Positions 63,356-64,000 of a DNA stretch of 64,000 nt are shown piece by piece. The position numbers were made by a program, and so were the translations under genes. Numbering within the stretch: position 1 is the first letter of the stretch; each line of letters opens with the position of its first letter. This DNA comes from Eledone cirrhosa (Eukaryota). The stretch is from NCBI GenBank assembly GCA_964016885.1, contig OZ024740.1:418748001-418812000 (forward strand). The letters are read 5' to 3'. The notes beneath the pieces are model-generated. The model was not told the origin of the DNA and made no database searches. It was given only the letters and a program-made list of their open reading frames with translations.

Positions 63356-63677
63356 TGTATTCTTCATCTTTAAGCTCGTCTATTGTTTCAATAATTCAGT
63401 TTCGATATCACTTTACTTATGTATATAATTCTCCTGTGAAATACATGGCATACTTATATTATTTCTCATTTAAAATAAAAGTGAGAGCTCCGGTTTGAGA
63501 AATCAATATTCTCTTTAATATCCTTTTTATTTATGTCAATGAAAATAATAAAACTGACACAGAAATAAGCAGGACAAAGAGAATGGTAATGTTAATACAG
63601 AAATACTTAGTGTTTAACACTTAAACAATATTTATCTATTTAGCTACTTAGCTATCAGACTGTCTGTCTGCCTGCTT

Positions 63678-63687
63678 GATATGTATG

Positions 63688-63746
<59 letters not shown>

Positions 63747-64000
63747 AAATATGTATGTATGTAGAATGCACATATATCTATTTTTTATGTACATAAATAA
63801 TCAGTTATGTATATATTGTCTGAATGTATATGTATGTGTATATCTAAATAGATATGTATATGTATGTGTATGTATGTCTAAATAGATATGTATATGTATG
63901 TGTATGTATGTCTAAATAAATATGTATATGTATGTGTATGTATGTCTAAATAGATATGTATATATATGTGTATGTATATCTAAATAGATATGTATATGTA
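63678..64000. repeat. (TATG)n/(TA)n/(TG)n microsatellite grading into a 34-bp minisatellite
   Basis: TCTAAAT recurs at 63843, 63877, 63911, 63945 and 63979 (period 34). Confidence 0.92.

Noticed and set aside
63676-63885. 69-aa ORF
   Set aside because: It is a translation of the TATG/TA/TG microsatellite.

Overview
Eukaryotic (animal) repeat-dominated DNA, most likely a cephalopod/Octopus-type genome (taxon inferred from recalled repeat motifs, not proven). The only host coding sequence seen is a 110-nt minus-strand exon (11481-11590) of an SLC38A11-like amino-acid transporter, so the rest of the window is probably intronic. The first ~14.7 kb is a cluster of RTE-clade LINEs of two subfamilies. 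One copy has an uninterrupted APE-RT ORF and is nested antisense inside an older sibling. All copies carry a PHD-type zinc finger inside the RT region and (GAT)n tails. The cluster also holds a tRNA/CORE-type SINE with an RTE-derived tail, a 420-bp foldback, and two short elements in (TA)n tracts that each carry a minimal type I hammerhead ribozyme followed by AATAAA (Penelope pLTR / retrozyme-like). The RTE 3' UTRs contain tandem H-type pseudoknot-like modules with compensatory changes. Positions 14948-63355 are a single-orientation 20-bp satellite (~2,400 copies) with kb-scale higher-order duplications. All structures were read by eye; none was computationally folded or database-searched.
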